Part shown: in pieces, positions 29,826 through 39,721 of the stretch
Numbering within the stretch: position 1 is the first letter of the stretch
How the letters are laid out: each line of letters begins with the position of its first letter
Origin: an uncultured bacterium
GTDB lineage: Bacteria; Zixibacteria; MSB-5A5; UBA10806
Assembly: GCA_965541585.1 (NCBI GenBank)
Contig: CBEUCH010000011.1
Location: 59,557 to 123,556, forward strand
Length of the DNA stretch: 64,000 bases
Direction: 5' to 3'
The notes under the pieces: model-generated
Seen by the model: only the letters and a program-made list of their open reading frames with translations
The model's database searches: none
Told to the model about the DNA's origin: nothing
Program-made: the position numbers and the translations under genes

Positions 29826-31073
29826 GTGTCTCGAAGAGTAGCAATAACCGGTATCGGGCTGGTAACGCCCCTGGGGCATACCATCGATGAGTTCTGGGAT
29901 AGTATCGTCGCCGGGAAATCGGGTGTATCCACTATATCCAGATTAGACGCCTCGGGATTGCCGACGAGGATAGCAGCCGAAGTAAGGGAGTTTGATCCTT
30001 CCGAGTATATTGAGAAAAAACTGCTCAAGCGAATGGATCTCTCACAACAGTTTGCGATGGCGGCCTCGGGGAAAGCGCTGTCGGATTCCGGAATGGATCT
30101 TGATTCGATCGATCGTGAGAGGGTAGGGGTTGTCATTGGCTCGGGTATCGGCGGGCTCAGGACATTCGAAAAGCAACATGCGATTATGTTGAACCAGAGC
30201 CCGTTGAAGGTATCGCCCTTTTTTATTCCCATGATGATCGCCGATATGTCGGCCGGGCTTGTCAGTATTCGATACGGCTTTAAGGGGCCCAATTATGCTA
30301 CTGTCTCCGCCTGTGCTTCATCCAGCAATGCCATAGCTGACGCCGTCATGATGATTCAACGAGGTGCAGCGGATATCATGGTGACCGGAGGCTCAGAGGC
30401 CTCCGTCACGATGGCATCTCTTGCAGGCTTCTGCTCAGCGAAAGCATTGTCCGAGCGTAACGATGAACCCGAGAAGGCCAGCAGGCCTTTCGACAGGGAT
30501 CGGGATGGATTCGTTCTCGGGGAGGGTGCAGCTTCTCTTATACTCGAGGATCTGGAGAACGCCAGGGCCAGGGACGCCAGGATATATGCAGAAATAGCCG
30601 GTTTCGGTATGTCGGCCGATGCTTATCACATTACTGCCCCTGCCCCCAATGGCGATGGTGCGGCACGCAGTATGCAGGCCTCATTGGATGATGCCGGTAT
30701 CAAGCCTGACAAAATAGACTACATCAATTCCCACGGAACCGCTACCGGGCTGGGTGATATCGCTGAAACTTTGGCCATAAAAAGCGTATTCGACGATCGT
30801 TCGTATGAGATACCTGTTAACTCCACAAAATCGATGATCGGTCATTTGCTGGGCGCCGCCGGGGCTGTGGAGATTGCAGCAACCATACTTCAAATGTCTC
30901 GTAAGATGCTTCATCCCACGATCAATCTTGATAACCCTGACCCCGAATGCGATCTTGATTACGTTGCCGAAGGCTCGCGTCAGGCAGAGATCAAATACGC
31001 CCTTTCGAACTCGTTCGGATTCGGCGGTCATAATATCTCCATTGTGCTTCGAAACCACCTGCCGAATAATTAA
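29826..31073 (+). CDS. fabF: 3-oxoacyl-ACP synthase II
   Basis: SACAS, DAYHITAP, HGTAT, KSMIGHLLGAAG and NSFGFGGHN motifs. Confidence 0.96.
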   Translation: MSRRVAITGIGLVTPLGHTIDEFWDSIVAGKSGVSTISRLDASGLPTRIAAEVREFDPSEYIEKKLLKRMDLSQQFAMAASGKALSDSGMDLDSIDRERVGVVIGSGIGGLRTFEKQHAIMLNQSPLKVSPFFIPMMIADMSAGLVSIRYGFKGPNYATVSACASSSNAIADAVMMIQRGAADIMVTGGSEASVTMASLAGFCSAKALSERNDEPEKASRPFDRDRDGFVLGEGAASLILEDLENARARDARIYAEIAGFGMSADAYHITAPAPNGDGAARSMQASLDDAGIKPDKIDYINSHGTATGLGDIAETLAIKSVFDDRSYEIPVNSTKSMIGHLLGAAGAVEIAATILQMSRKMLHPTINLDNPDPECDLDYVAEGSRQAEIKYALSNSFGFGGHNISIVLRNHLPNN

Positions 31074-31810
31074 TGAGGTTTTCGTTTTTCAAAAAGATCT
31101 TCTCCAGAGAGAAAGATTCTTTTGGGAAAATCGAATCTGCACTGGGATATTGTTTTCAAAACAAAAATCTGCTAAAAAAAGCTCTATCGCATCGTTCCAG
31201 CGTCGAGAACGGCACGTCCAACGAGCGGCTGGAGTATCTTGGTGATGCCGTTCTGGGATTGGTTGTATCAGAGTTTCTGTTTAAAAAGTTCTCGGATCTG
31301 AACGAAGGTAGCTTAACTAAAATGAAGGCTTCACTGGTAAACGAGGCCGTTCTCTCAAAGGTGGCCGGCGAACTGAACCTCGGACAATTCATTTATCTAA
31401 GTAAAGAGGAAGAAAAGTCCGGTGGACGGGATAAACCATCGATTGTCGCTGACGCTGCCGAGGCGGTTCTGGGGGCCATCTATCTCGACGGCGGTTTGCC
31501 GGCGGCGCAAGAGGCTGTTCACGGGATTCTCTTAAGGAATTTTGAGGGCTTGCTCAACGACGAGGCGACCTATAATTATAAAGGAGAGCTTCTTGAGAAC
31601 ATGCAGGGCAGCGGCCAGGGAACGCCCCGGTACGAGGTTTTAAGAGAGATGGGCCCGGATCATGAGAAACTATTTCTGATCTCGGTTTCAGCCGACGGCA
31701 TAATACTCGGCAAAGGAGAGGGCTCAACTAAAAAGGAAGCCGAGCAAAAAGCGGCCAGGATGGCTCTGGAGGAGTTGAGAGATAAGGAAAGACGTTCACC
31801 TGTGAGGTGA
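31073..31810 (+). CDS. rnc: Ribonuclease III
   Basis: NERLEYLGDAVL signature and C-terminal dsRBD (KKEAEQKAA). Confidence 0.96.
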   Translation: MRFSFFKKIFSREKDSFGKIESALGYCFQNKNLLKKALSHRSSVENGTSNERLEYLGDAVLGLVVSEFLFKKFSDLNEGSLTKMKASLVNEAVLSKVAGELNLGQFIYLSKEEEKSGGRDKPSIVADAAEAVLGAIYLDGGLPAAQEAVHGILLRNFEGLLNDEATYNYKGELLENMQGSGQGTPRYEVLREMGPDHEKLFLISVSADGIILGKGEGSTKKEAEQKAARMALEELRDKERRSPVR

Positions 31811-31904
31811 GCTTAAACGATTTGTTTGATCGGATTAATTTAGCCACATGAGCGTGGATTTAATATCAATCAGTGAGAAATGGTGGTGCTAAGGAGATAG
31901 AGAT

Positions 31905-32666
31905 ATGAAAGTAGCGGTGCTGATAAAACAGACTCCCCAGCTTTCCGAGGTCTCATGGACAGGTGAGAATTTGAGCTGGCCGGATGATGCCCTGGTTGTC
32001 AATCCATTAGATGAGTATGCGGTCGAGGAATCCATCAGGATAAAAGAAAAAACCGGTGGAACAGCCGTTGCCATAACCTACGGTCACGCGAGTGCTGAAT
32101 CCGTTTTGCGGGACGCGCTGGCGCTGGGAATTGACGAAGCTTATCATATCGTGTCCGATCAATATTCGTCTACCGATCCACAGGGCAATGCCAGAGCTCT
32201 TGCGGCCTGCATACAAAAAATTGGGGAAATCGATCTGGTCCTCGCCGGTAAGCAAGCCTGCGACGACGACTCAACTCTGGTGGCGGTGTCAGTGGCGGCC
32301 CATCTGGACTGGCCACAGATAGGTTTTGTAAAGAAGTTCGATCAACTCGATGATTTCAGGCTGGTAGCCTGGCGCACCACCGATACCGGCCATGATGTGG
32401 TGGAATCGGAGTTGCCCGTTGTTTGTTCAGTTGTGAAAGAGATTAATGAACCGCGGCTTCCTTCGCTCAAAGGTAAGATGAAAGCCAAGAAAGCCGAGAT
32501 AAAGAAATTCACTCTTGACGATCTGGGTATCGATGATGCCCGGAAAATTGAAATTAAATCAATCAAACCTCCACCCTCGAGGCCAGGAGGTGAGATTCTC
32601 AAAGGGGAACCTGACAACGCCGTCGAGGCCCTCATTGAGAGACTGAAGGCGGATAAGTTTATTTAA
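31905..32666 (+). CDS. etfB: Electron transfer flavoprotein beta subunit
   Basis: NPLDEYAVEE, ALALGID, GKQACDDD and NEPRLPSLKG.MKAKK motifs. Confidence 0.9.
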   Translation: MKVAVLIKQTPQLSEVSWTGENLSWPDDALVVNPLDEYAVEESIRIKEKTGGTAVAITYGHASAESVLRDALALGIDEAYHIVSDQYSSTDPQGNARALAACIQKIGEIDLVLAGKQACDDDSTLVAVSVAAHLDWPQIGFVKKFDQLDDFRLVAWRTTDTGHDVVESELPVVCSVVKEINEPRLPSLKGKMKAKKAEIKKFTLDDLGIDDARKIEIKSIKPPPSRPGGEILKGEPDNAVEALIERLKADKFI

Positions 32667-32846
32667 CTTCCGCATCGCTCTGCCGAGTAAGCTCAAGAAA
32701 TATACCGCTGACCAGTGCCGCTTTTAGCCCCAAGCCAATCTTAATCTATTGTAATTCATCGGCTTAACTGTCAGCAAAATACCTGTTGCCTTCATGAGGA
32801 TTATCGGTATATTGTGTTGTAGATTTTTGTAACACTTCTGCGTAAG

Positions 32847-35800
32847 ATGAAAGCAATCAGCAACAGATATGAAATCATCCGCAAGATAGGATCTGGATCT
32901 ATAGGCGATGTTTTTCTCGTAAGGGATCTGGCAGAGGGCCAGGACGTCTGTTTGAAATTGCTTGGCAATACTGGCGTTGCCGGGTCTGAGGATCTGGGTC
33001 GTGAATTTACGCTTCTGACCAGGTTGCGTCATCCGGGACTCATCAGGGTTTTAGATTTTGGAGTCGACGATGCCGACGGCAGCTTTTTCACAATGGAGTA
33101 TGCTTCCGGTGGTGACCTGGGGCAGGCGGGTATTCCATCCCCCGATGAGTTTTTTAAGGCCGCCTCATCGATCTGCCAGGCCCTGGATTATATACATAGC
33201 CAGGGCGTTATTCACGGCGATCTCAAGCCGAGCAATATTCTCAAAAACTCCTCCGGCGATTTTCTCCTTGCCGATTTCGGTTTAGCCTTCGTTAGAAGAA
33301 GCGACCCGGATATCGTTTCATCCGGCAGTGCGGCTTTTATATCTCCGGAACTCCTGCGAAAGGAATCGGTATCTCCGGGTTCGGATATCTACTCGTTGGG
33401 GCTTCTGTTTTTCGAAATGATTTTTGGAAAGCCCTTTTTCGAGGGAACCGCCGGGGAGATTATCGGGCGAAAACTATCTGGCGAAATTCAGTTGCCCCCT
33501 GTTCCCGAGGAATATGGCGGAAGCAGCATGCATGTTATAATGACGAAAATGCTGTACTCTGATCCGAAGAATCGCCATCAATCTGCAGGAGCAATCCTGG
33601 ATGAGATCTCCGATATGAAAGTAGAAAATCTCAAGCGCTCAATGGACAAGAGCCAGATTCCCGAAAAGGCCGATTTCGTGGGCCGGGTAGAGGAAATGAA
33701 TTGGCTCGAGCAAGGGCTGCAGATGCGACCGGGGGAGATTTGTCGCTTTTTCTTTATCGGGGGCGATTCGGGAGTCGGCAAGAGCCGCTTGCTGGATGAA
33801 TTTCGGGTCAAGGTGCAAATAAAGGGAGTTAGATTCTTCAGGACCTATTGCCGTGAAGGCGATCTGGAACCATTCGGACCGCTCGTGAGATTGCTTAATT
33901 ACATCTTTGTAGAGCTGGATCCCACACTGGAGATTTTCTCCTCCTATGGTCCGGATCTAAAAAGGCTCTTTCCTGCAGTGTTCGAGATTCTCGATCGTGA
34001 AGACTTAAAATCATCGGAGGCTGACATAAAGGCCGGTCGGCGGCGTATGTTCGATAACCTCCTGTTATATCTGGATCATCTTTTTTCGAAACATAATCTC
34101 ATAATCACAATTGAGGATCTGCAATGGGCTGATCGCGATACACTGGATTTTGTCGAATTCTTATGGTCGAATCGCGATACTGAAAGCTCATTTTATTTTA
34201 TCTGTACCGGTCGGACAGTTCCCGAGGGATCGATACCTGCTTTTTTGACCGATGATGACTCATGCTATAGAGTCCTGGAATCGGCAGGAGAAAAATGCTG
34301 GCAGGATTTTCTCAATAGCCTACTCGGCGGCACAGGTCTCCCCGACGATTTCTCATCGACCCTGCACGAAGAAACGGGAGGGAATTTCCTGTATGCCGAG
34401 GAAATCTTAAAAGAACTGATATCTGACGATTGCCTGATTCGCCGGAGGGGTAAATGGTTCTTAGAACCGAGCTGGGAGGAGAATATAAGAGTGCCCGAAG
34501 GCGTTCAATCTCTGCTCAATCGCAGGCTGGAGCGTTTGAGCGCTGATCAAATCCTTATGGCCGGTGCGGCGGCTGTTCTGAACAGATCGTTTCGCGATCA
34601 GGAGATCATAGATTTGTCACCGATCCAGCAAGGTCAGGATAGTATTGAACAGCTGATAGCGAAAGGCGTCTTTAAGCGGCAGATATTCGGGCGGGAGGAA
34701 AAGATCTATTTCGGCCATGGGCAGTTGAGACGTGCTGCTTATGATAGTTTACCTGACGCGACTCGTTGTGAGATACACGCTAATATCGCCTGTTATTATG
34801 AGAAAAGAAATGAAAGCAGCGAGTTTCTCGGGCGCCATTACGCATCTGCAGGCGATAATGAAAAAGGTTATCAGCACCTGTCTATGGCTGCGCAATTTGC
34901 CCTGAAGGTTCTGGCCTTCAGACAGGCAGCGGATTTATACGCCGCCTCCCTTAAGTGCGCTGAAGCTCTGGCGGATCTACCTCAAAAAAATGAGCGTCTT
35001 TATAAAATACATCTGGGTCGCGGGCAGGCTTTGAATTTTATATCGCCTCGGGCAGCGCAGGACTCGCTTATGGAGGCGGTATCCATCGCTCAATCCTGCG
35101 ATTCTGGCGGATCGGATCTCTCCAGAGCCGCCATCGCCGCCGGACGTAACAGCCTCGACCTGGGAGAGAGCGACAGAGCTCTGGAACTGCTACAGGAGGG
35201 ATTGTCCGCCGCGGAATCAGTGAAAGACAAAAAGCTTCAAGGGGAGGCGAAAGTCGGGCTGGGATTTGTCTATGACAAGGTTGGAAGGCTCGATGATGCG
35301 GAGGCTTCATATCTTGAAGCGCTGGATCTTTTCGCCGGGATAGATTATCCCGAAGGTTCGTGCCGTGTACTGAATTACCTGGGGATTGCTCGCAAGAGGC
35401 GCGGGGATCTTGCGGGTGCCGAGGATTTTTATCGACGCAGCCTGGATATCTGCTCGACGAAGGGCTTCAGGTGGGCCGCCATGAACCTGTACGGTAATCT
35501 CGGTAATTTATACTCAGCCAGAGGTCAGACCAAAGAAGCCGGGGAACATTATACCAGGTCGCTTGAAATCTCGCGCCAGATATCGGACCGCAGAATAGAG
35601 AGCATAAATCTGCTCAACATCGGCCATGCACTGAATCAGGCAGGCGATCTGGAAGCGGCCGAGAGCAAATTCTTCGAGGCCCTGGATAAACATAGAGCGC
35701 TTGGCGATAAAGGCTCCGAAGCGATTACGTTGAATAACCTCGGATTCCTATATTTCAGGAAAGGTGAGATCCGCAATTCAATGGATCATTATGAAAAAGG

Positions 35801-38051
35801 TCTCAGGCTGAGTCTGCGGATCAACCAGCCCCGAATAGAGCTGGCCAATCGTATCGGTATAGCAGAGATCTTAACGGCCGTCGCGGATTTTCAAAAAGCG
35901 GATGAGGCTGCAAATGTAGCGCTTGCTCTTGCGGAAAGAATGGATGATGCCGAACAGCTTGCCACTATCCTGCCTATCAGAACGGAAATCAAATATGAAC
36001 TCGATGATACGGCAAGAAATCTGGATAATATAAAGACATTTCTGAATCTTCCGGCCGGTATCGGCGAACCGAGGCAGCGAATCAAGGCTCTGCTCGTATC
36101 GGAATATTTCAAGGATAAGGCGGACCTGGATTCTAAAGTGATCGACAAACAGATTGCTGATCTTTCCGAATCAACTCCTTCCATCAGGGCTATCATGACA
36201 AGATTTAGAGCGCAGTTTACTCTCAGGAAGAATGAAATTGCGAATCCGGAGATCTGGATTGCCAGGCTGGACGAAGCCATTAGAAAATCGAGTGATTTCA
36301 TGCAGCATACGGAGACAGTCAGATTAATAGCCCTGAAGATTGAGTTTCTGGTTAAGATCGGGGATTCTCACGAAGCCGCCAGGCAGAGAGAAATTCTGAA
36401 GGCCCGGATCTCGAAATTGACTGCCGGTCTGGATGAGAAATATGCAAGGAATCTCAACAAATATTTAAATATTCCATTCACTAAACAAAAGGGTGGTGAA
36501 TCAATGGCGGGAAAAGTAAGCCGTGAAGAGCGCCTGGAGGTATTGTTCAGGGTGGCAAGAACTATAAACACCATCAGGGAAAGCGATCCTCTACTGAATA
36601 AAATCATGGATCTGGCGCTGGAGACTCTGGCCGCCGAACGGGGATTCATAATGCTTTATTCGCAAGAGGAAGGTGATCAGGAAAGCAATATGCTGGCAGC
36701 GGTGGTTGCCAGAAATCTTGCGCAGGAGGATATCTTTGGAGAGACAACCATTTCTCGGTCCAGCGCTGTCGACGTTGCCCGGACGGGCAAGCCGCTGCTT
36801 CTCAGCCGGAGCGACGAGGATATTCACAGCCGACAATCGGTCGAAGATTTCAAGATATCATCCTTGCTCTGCGTACCGCTCGCAGTTAAAGGGAATGTCC
36901 TTGGGATCGTCTATATCGATAGCCGCTCCGCTACCATTTTCGACAATGAAGATCTCGAATTCATGATCAGTTTTGCAGATCTGGCTGCTATCGCTATCGA
37001 AAATGCCAGACTGTCAGAAAAGCTGGAGAGAAAAACAACCTATCTTCAAAGGCAAGTCGAGTCAATCTGGGGATTCGGCAGCATCATCGGGCGCTCATCT
37101 CCTATGCAGCAGGTATTCAGGATGGCCGAATCGGTGGCCGAAACCGATACCAGTGTGGTCATAAGCGGCGAATCGGGAACCGGCAAAGAGCTTCTGGCTC
37201 GCGCTATCCATTTTGTGGGGCCGCGCAAGGAAAACAGGTTTCAGCCTGTCGATTGCGGTGCCGTGACGGAGACACTTCTGGAGTCCGAGTTATTCGGCCA
37301 CGTGAAAGGTGCATTCACCGGGGCCATCTCCGATAGAGCCGGGCTTCTGGAGGTAGCCATAGGCGGCACCATTTTCTTAGATGAAATAACCAATACCAGC
37401 GAGGGTTTTCAGGTTAAACTGCTCCGCGTATTGCAGGAAAACGAGATTCGACGTGTCGGCGATACCAGAGCCAGGAAAATAGACGTGCGAGTGATTGCCG
37501 CCACCAATAGAAACCTCGAAGAAGCGGTTGAAGCCGGCAGATTCAGAGAGGACCTTTATTACAGGCTGAACGTTGTTAAGATCACATTGCCCCCATTGCG
37601 AGATCGGGCCGAGGATATTCCGATTCTTGCCAACTACTTCCTGGAGAATATCTGCAAAAGGATGAAGATGCCCCTGAAATCTTTTTCGAGCGAGGTAACT
37701 GATCTATTGCTTTTGTATTCCTGGCCGGGAAACGTTCGGCAGCTGGAAAACGTCTGCGAGCGCGCGATAATCTTTTCCGGGGGAGAGATCATAGATCTCG
37801 AAAGCCTCCCTCCGGAAATTAAGTCTCTCGATCATTCAAGGGCCGTGACTGAAACCGGAATCTCTGTGCCGTCGAGTAAATCGGAGTTAAAGACCGCGAA
37901 GGCTCAACTGGACAAGTTGTTTCTAATTCAAATTCTGGAAAAAACCGGCGGTAATGTAATGCAGGCTGCACGTTTATCAGGTATGGACAGATCGCAGCTT
38001 CACCACATGATGAATAAATTCGGCCTCAACAGCATCAATTTCAAATCCTGA
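32847..38051 (+). CDS. Sigma54-dependent activator: Ser/Thr kinase - STAND-type ATPase - TPR - GAF - AAA+ sigma54 - Fis HTH
   Basis: Kinase (GSGSIG, HGDLKPSN, DFGLA, SPE, SDIYSLG); FVGR..E, GDSGVGKS, IEDLQWAD, TGGNFLY; TPRs; GAF (LCVPL...GIVYID); GESGTGKE, GAFTGA, FREDLYYRLNV, WPGNVRQL; C-terminal HTH. Confidence 0.92.
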   Translation: MKAISNRYEIIRKIGSGSIGDVFLVRDLAEGQDVCLKLLGNTGVAGSEDLGREFTLLTRLRHPGLIRVLDFGVDDADGSFFTMEYASGGDLGQAGIPSPDEFFKAASSICQALDYIHSQGVIHGDLKPSNILKNSSGDFLLADFGLAFVRRSDPDIVSSGSAAFISPELLRKESVSPGSDIYSLGLLFFEMIFGKPFFEGTAGEIIGRKLSGEIQLPPVPEEYGGSSMHVIMTKMLYSDPKNRHQSAGAILDEISDMKVENLKRSMDKSQIPEKADFVGRVEEMNWLEQGLQMRPGEICRFFFIGGDSGVGKSRLLDEFRVKVQIKGVRFFRTYCREGDLEPFGPLVRLLNYIFVELDPTLEIFSSYGPDLKRLFPAVFEILDREDLKSSEADIKAGRRRMFDNLLLYLDHLFSKHNLIITIEDLQWADRDTLDFVEFLWSNRDTESSFYFICTGRTVPEGSIPAFLTDDDSCYRVLESAGEKCWQDFLNSLLGGTGLPDDFSSTLHEETGGNFLYAEEILKELISDDCLIRRRGKWFLEPSWEENIRVPEGVQSLLNRRLERLSADQILMAGAAAVLNRSFRDQEIIDLSPIQQGQDSIEQLIAKGVFKRQIFGREEKIYFGHGQLRRAAYDSLPDATRCEIHANIACYYEKRNESSEFLGRHYASAGDNEKGYQHLSMAAQFALKVLAFRQAADLYAASLKCAEALADLPQKNERLYKIHLGRGQALNFISPRAAQDSLMEAVSIAQSCDSGGSDLSRAAIAAGRNSLDLGESDRALELLQEGLSAAESVKDKKLQGEAKVGLGFVYDKVGRLDDAEASYLEALDLFAGIDYPEGSCRVLNYLGIARKRRGDLAGAEDFYRRSLDICSTKGFRWAAMNLYGNLGNLYSARGQTKEAGEHYTRSLEISRQISDRRIESINLLNIGHALNQAGDLEAAESKFFEALDKHRALGDKGSEAITLNNLGFLYFRKGEIRNSMDHYEKGLRLSLRINQPRIELANRIGIAEILTAVADFQKADEAANVALALAERMDDAEQLATILPIRTEIKYELDDTARNLDNIKTFLNLPAGIGEPRQRIKALLVSEYFKDKADLDSKVIDKQIADLSESTPSIRAIMTRFRAQFTLRKNEIANPEIWIARLDEAIRKSSDFMQHTETVRLIALKIEFLVKIGDSHEAARQREILKARISKLTAGLDEKYARNLNKYLNIPFTKQKGGESMAGKVSREERLEVLFRVARTINTIRESDPLLNKIMDLALETLAAERGFIMLYSQEEGDQESNMLAAVVARNLAQEDIFGETTISRSSAVDVARTGKPLLLSRSDEDIHSRQSVEDFKISSLLCVPLAVKGNVLGIVYIDSRSATIFDNEDLEFMISFADLAAIAIENARLSEKLERKTTYLQRQVESIWGFGSIIGRSSPMQQVFRMAESVAETDTSVVISGESGTGKELLARAIHFVGPRKENRFQPVDCGAVTETLLESELFGHVKGAFTGAISDRAGLLEVAIGGTIFLDEITNTSEGFQVKLLRVLQENEIRRVGDTRARKIDVRVIAATNRNLEEAVEAGRFREDLYYRLNVVKITLPPLRDRAEDIPILANYFLENICKRMKMPLKSFSSEVTDLLLLYSWPGNVRQLENVCERAIIFSGGEIIDLESLPPEIKSLDHSRAVTETGISVPSSKSELKTAKAQLDKLFLIQILEKTGGNVMQAARLSGMDRSQLHHMMNKFGLNSINFKS

Positions 38052-38147
38052 TAATGATACAGGACTACCCGTAAGTTTTGGGAAAAAGGCTTAGAGCTTA
38101 TAAAAAAGCTTGCATATATAATGTTATTTGTCTATTCTTTACAATGG

Positions 38148-39431
38148 GTGAGTAGATTTGCATGCATGATAGCGTCTTTTCTGGCGCTGGTGGTTTTGTG
38201 CTCGGCGGTTTTCGCTGCGGACGCAAGCGTTATCTCCGGACGGGTATCCGGAGCGGGAATACCAGGCGGTGTTGCCGATGTCCGGGTTATCGCTTATCCG
38301 TCGCAAGATTTCCCGGGAAATACCGATATGCGAATTGCTTTAACCTCCAACGATGGCAGTTTCAATTTATACTTACCTGCCGGGGATTACTTTTTCTATG
38401 CCGATTGCGATGATTGTTATCCTGGCAGTGGTCGGGTAGTGATCTATTATGGAAACCAATTTGATCCGATGAACGCCGACGCCATAACAGTGGTCGCCGG
38501 TGAGTCCATAGAGGGAATCAATTTCGAGTTTGATTTCTCAGACTCTTACGACCTCACTATCAGCGGCCGCGTGGTTGACGAAAGCACGGGGGAGGGCCTT
38601 GAGGATGCAATAGCTACTGCAATCGACTTTTATACCGGCGAGGCCGTTAATTCGTCGCTTACGGGTGACGACGGAACGTTTGCCATAAGCAATCTCCCAT
38701 CGGGTCTTTATCTGGTCTTTTTCTCCGGAATGAACGTGATTCCTTATTTCTACCCTGGCACTGAAAATTGGCAGAGCGCTGAGATTATCAACCTTCAATC
38801 GAATTTCGGCGGGATCGACTTCGAGGCCATAACCCAGGATTATGGCAATCAGGTGTTGGCGATATCCGGCCGGGTGATCTCCCATTCCGGACCGGTATCC
38901 GGCGCCAGGGTTTATGCTTACCTGGTGGGTGACAGCCAGCCGAAGGCATATGCCAGAACGAACGCCTCGGGTCTATACACTATTATCAGGGGTCTGGTTC
39001 CAGGCTCATTTACGGTGGTTTGCGATTTGTTTGGCTACGATTCGCAAACCTATCCGGAGATTGTCCGGCTCGATCTTCTTCATTTTCCCGAGGCCGAGAA
39101 TATAGATTTCTTTATTGAGCCTTATACCACAGGTGTCACGGGAGATGATAAATCGCCCCGGAGATTTGAGGTTTTTGCAAACTACCCGAATCCATTCAAT
39201 GCACAAACGAAAATTCCCGTATTCTCGAACCATGAAAACGTCAGAGTTATCTCGATGACGGTATACGATGTGCTGGGCAGAATTGTCGGAGAAAAGCGGG
39301 TGGAGACAAACCCCGGTATGAACTACATTGATTGGGGAATTAACGATTTCAATGGTCTTGCTGGCTCGGGAGTTTACTTCTACAAAATCGATGATGCCCG
39401 CAGGGCCTACCGGATGCTTCTCTTGAAATAG
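38148..39431 (+). CDS. Secreted carboxypeptidase-regulatory-like repeat protein with C-terminal sorting domain
   Basis: Three ISGRV...G...T..DG.F beta-sandwich repeats and C-terminal NYPNPFN...SGVYFY...MLLLK. Start uncertain (38121 or GTG 38148). Confidence 0.78.
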   Translation: MSRFACMIASFLALVVLCSAVFAADASVISGRVSGAGIPGGVADVRVIAYPSQDFPGNTDMRIALTSNDGSFNLYLPAGDYFFYADCDDCYPGSGRVVIYYGNQFDPMNADAITVVAGESIEGINFEFDFSDSYDLTISGRVVDESTGEGLEDAIATAIDFYTGEAVNSSLTGDDGTFAISNLPSGLYLVFFSGMNVIPYFYPGTENWQSAEIINLQSNFGGIDFEAITQDYGNQVLAISGRVISHSGPVSGARVYAYLVGDSQPKAYARTNASGLYTIIRGLVPGSFTVVCDLFGYDSQTYPEIVRLDLLHFPEAENIDFFIEPYTTGVTGDDKSPRRFEVFANYPNPFNAQTKIPVFSNHENVRVISMTVYDVLGRIVGEKRVETNPGMNYIDWGINDFNGLAGSGVYFYKIDDARRAYRMLLLK

Positions 39432-39594
39432 CTGCGGTAAAAATGCCTTGACATTTATTCCGATGCGAATATATTTATTGAGAACTATTATGTAAGGAGG
39501 GCTGCAAATTTGATCAGGCAAAATGCAGTCGCTTGCACAATCGAATCTCGAAGATAAAAGGGGACTTTCTTTATTTTTGCCGTGCGCGGCATTG

Positions 39595-39607
39595 CAACTT
39601 GTTGATA
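39595..39607 (-). promoter_or_regulatory. Putative IHF binding site
   Basis: Reverse strand TATCAACAAGTTG matches WATCAANNNNTTR exactly. Confidence 0.55.
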
Positions 39608-39676
39608 TTTAAAAACTTAAGAATGAAACTGAGGTTGAATGAATCACGGATTTTCCCCCTATATCCGGTCTCATAA

Positions 39677-39692
39677 CGGCATATAATTTGCG
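39677..39692 (+). promoter_or_regulatory. Putative sigma54 (-24/-12) promoter
   Basis: CGGCATATAATTTGCG has GG-N10-GC spacing with GGCA and TTGC cores, ending about 30 nt upstream of the 39722 start. Confidence 0.6.
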
Positions 39693-39721
39693 AAAAATAA
39701 AAATAACGATCTGATAGTACT

